64,000 nucleotides of DNA from Iphione sp. A-MEVVRFRX5 (taxonomy: Eukaryota), in assembly GCA_976226885.1 (NCBI GenBank), contig OZ320323.1, positions 16,926,001 through 16,990,000 on the forward strand, read 5' to 3'. The notes under the pieces were generated by a model. It was not told the DNA's origin. It saw nothing but the letters and a program-made list of their open reading frames with translations, and searched no databases. Positions 63,404 to 64,000 of the stretch are shown here, one piece after another. Within the stretch, counting starts at the first letter, position 1. Each line of letters starts with the position of its first letter. A program made the position numbers and the translations under genes.

Positions 63404-64000
63404 CAATGAGTCACTGTGACTGGCAGCTGCAGGAATGGAGGCACCAGGGGAAGCGTGAACGGGGAGTACCAGAGCCATACACCCTCCCGACGTTACCAAC
63501 AATGCGCAGCCGAATAGGAGAGGTTCCTGCTGCTTTTACACTTGCTCAGGGGAGAAGTTACCGAAATAGTCCTTGCATGTATCGTACAGAATGATTAGTT
63601 ATAAATGTGATGACTATTATTTGTAAAAAAAAAAAAGAGCTAGAAACTCAGGGAAACGGTCTGGATTCGAATTTATTGACTAGGATGGTACAACTTTGAC
63701 ACGTGAGCTTTCGAGGCGGGCAAACCTCCTCCTTTGGCGTGGTTGAAAGTGATAAATGGAGTTACTACATGTAATTGTAATTGGCTTCAATTGTATTTTA
63801 TAGTAACCATATATGATATCGAGAAACGAGGACCATCTCGTCTCTGAAAACACCAGTCAGCTTTGCATCGGGAGGCCTAATAGTAGGTGACATTTGGCCA
63901 ATTGATTGGCAGTGCAGATGGAGAGGGAAAAAAACAATCCATAGGTGAGATGTGGGTATGAGGCATGCAACCAAGTTTGGCAAAGATCCAGGTTGTACCA

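Overview
Animal-type eukaryotic genomic DNA. It is gene-poor and rich in microsatellites and minisatellites, has one assembly gap (3065-3221), and has several CpG-rich clusters of transcription-factor motifs. I see no rRNA, tRNA, CRISPR or prokaryotic operon. The only element I can identify with confidence is a compact 2,638-bp tyrosine-recombinase retrotransposon (order DIRS, Ngaro-type split direct repeats) at 31713-34350. Its architecture is A1-[RT/RNase H]-[overlapping YR]-B1-A2-B2, with A1=A2 (161 bp) and B1=B2 (53 bp) identical. This copy is unusual. It has no gag. Repeat A1 is joined in frame to an RT that lacks its N-terminus, and the RNase H tail is frameshifted. The tyrosine recombinase ORF and the downstream B1-A2-B2 block look intact. 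Elsewhere there are low-confidence spliced-gene candidates on the minus strand (about 4.5-5.4 kb and 11.9-13.7 kb), a candidate promoter and first exon at about 58 kb, and several oddly spaced motif arrays. Most ORFs in the supplied track are artefacts of simple repeats or chance.
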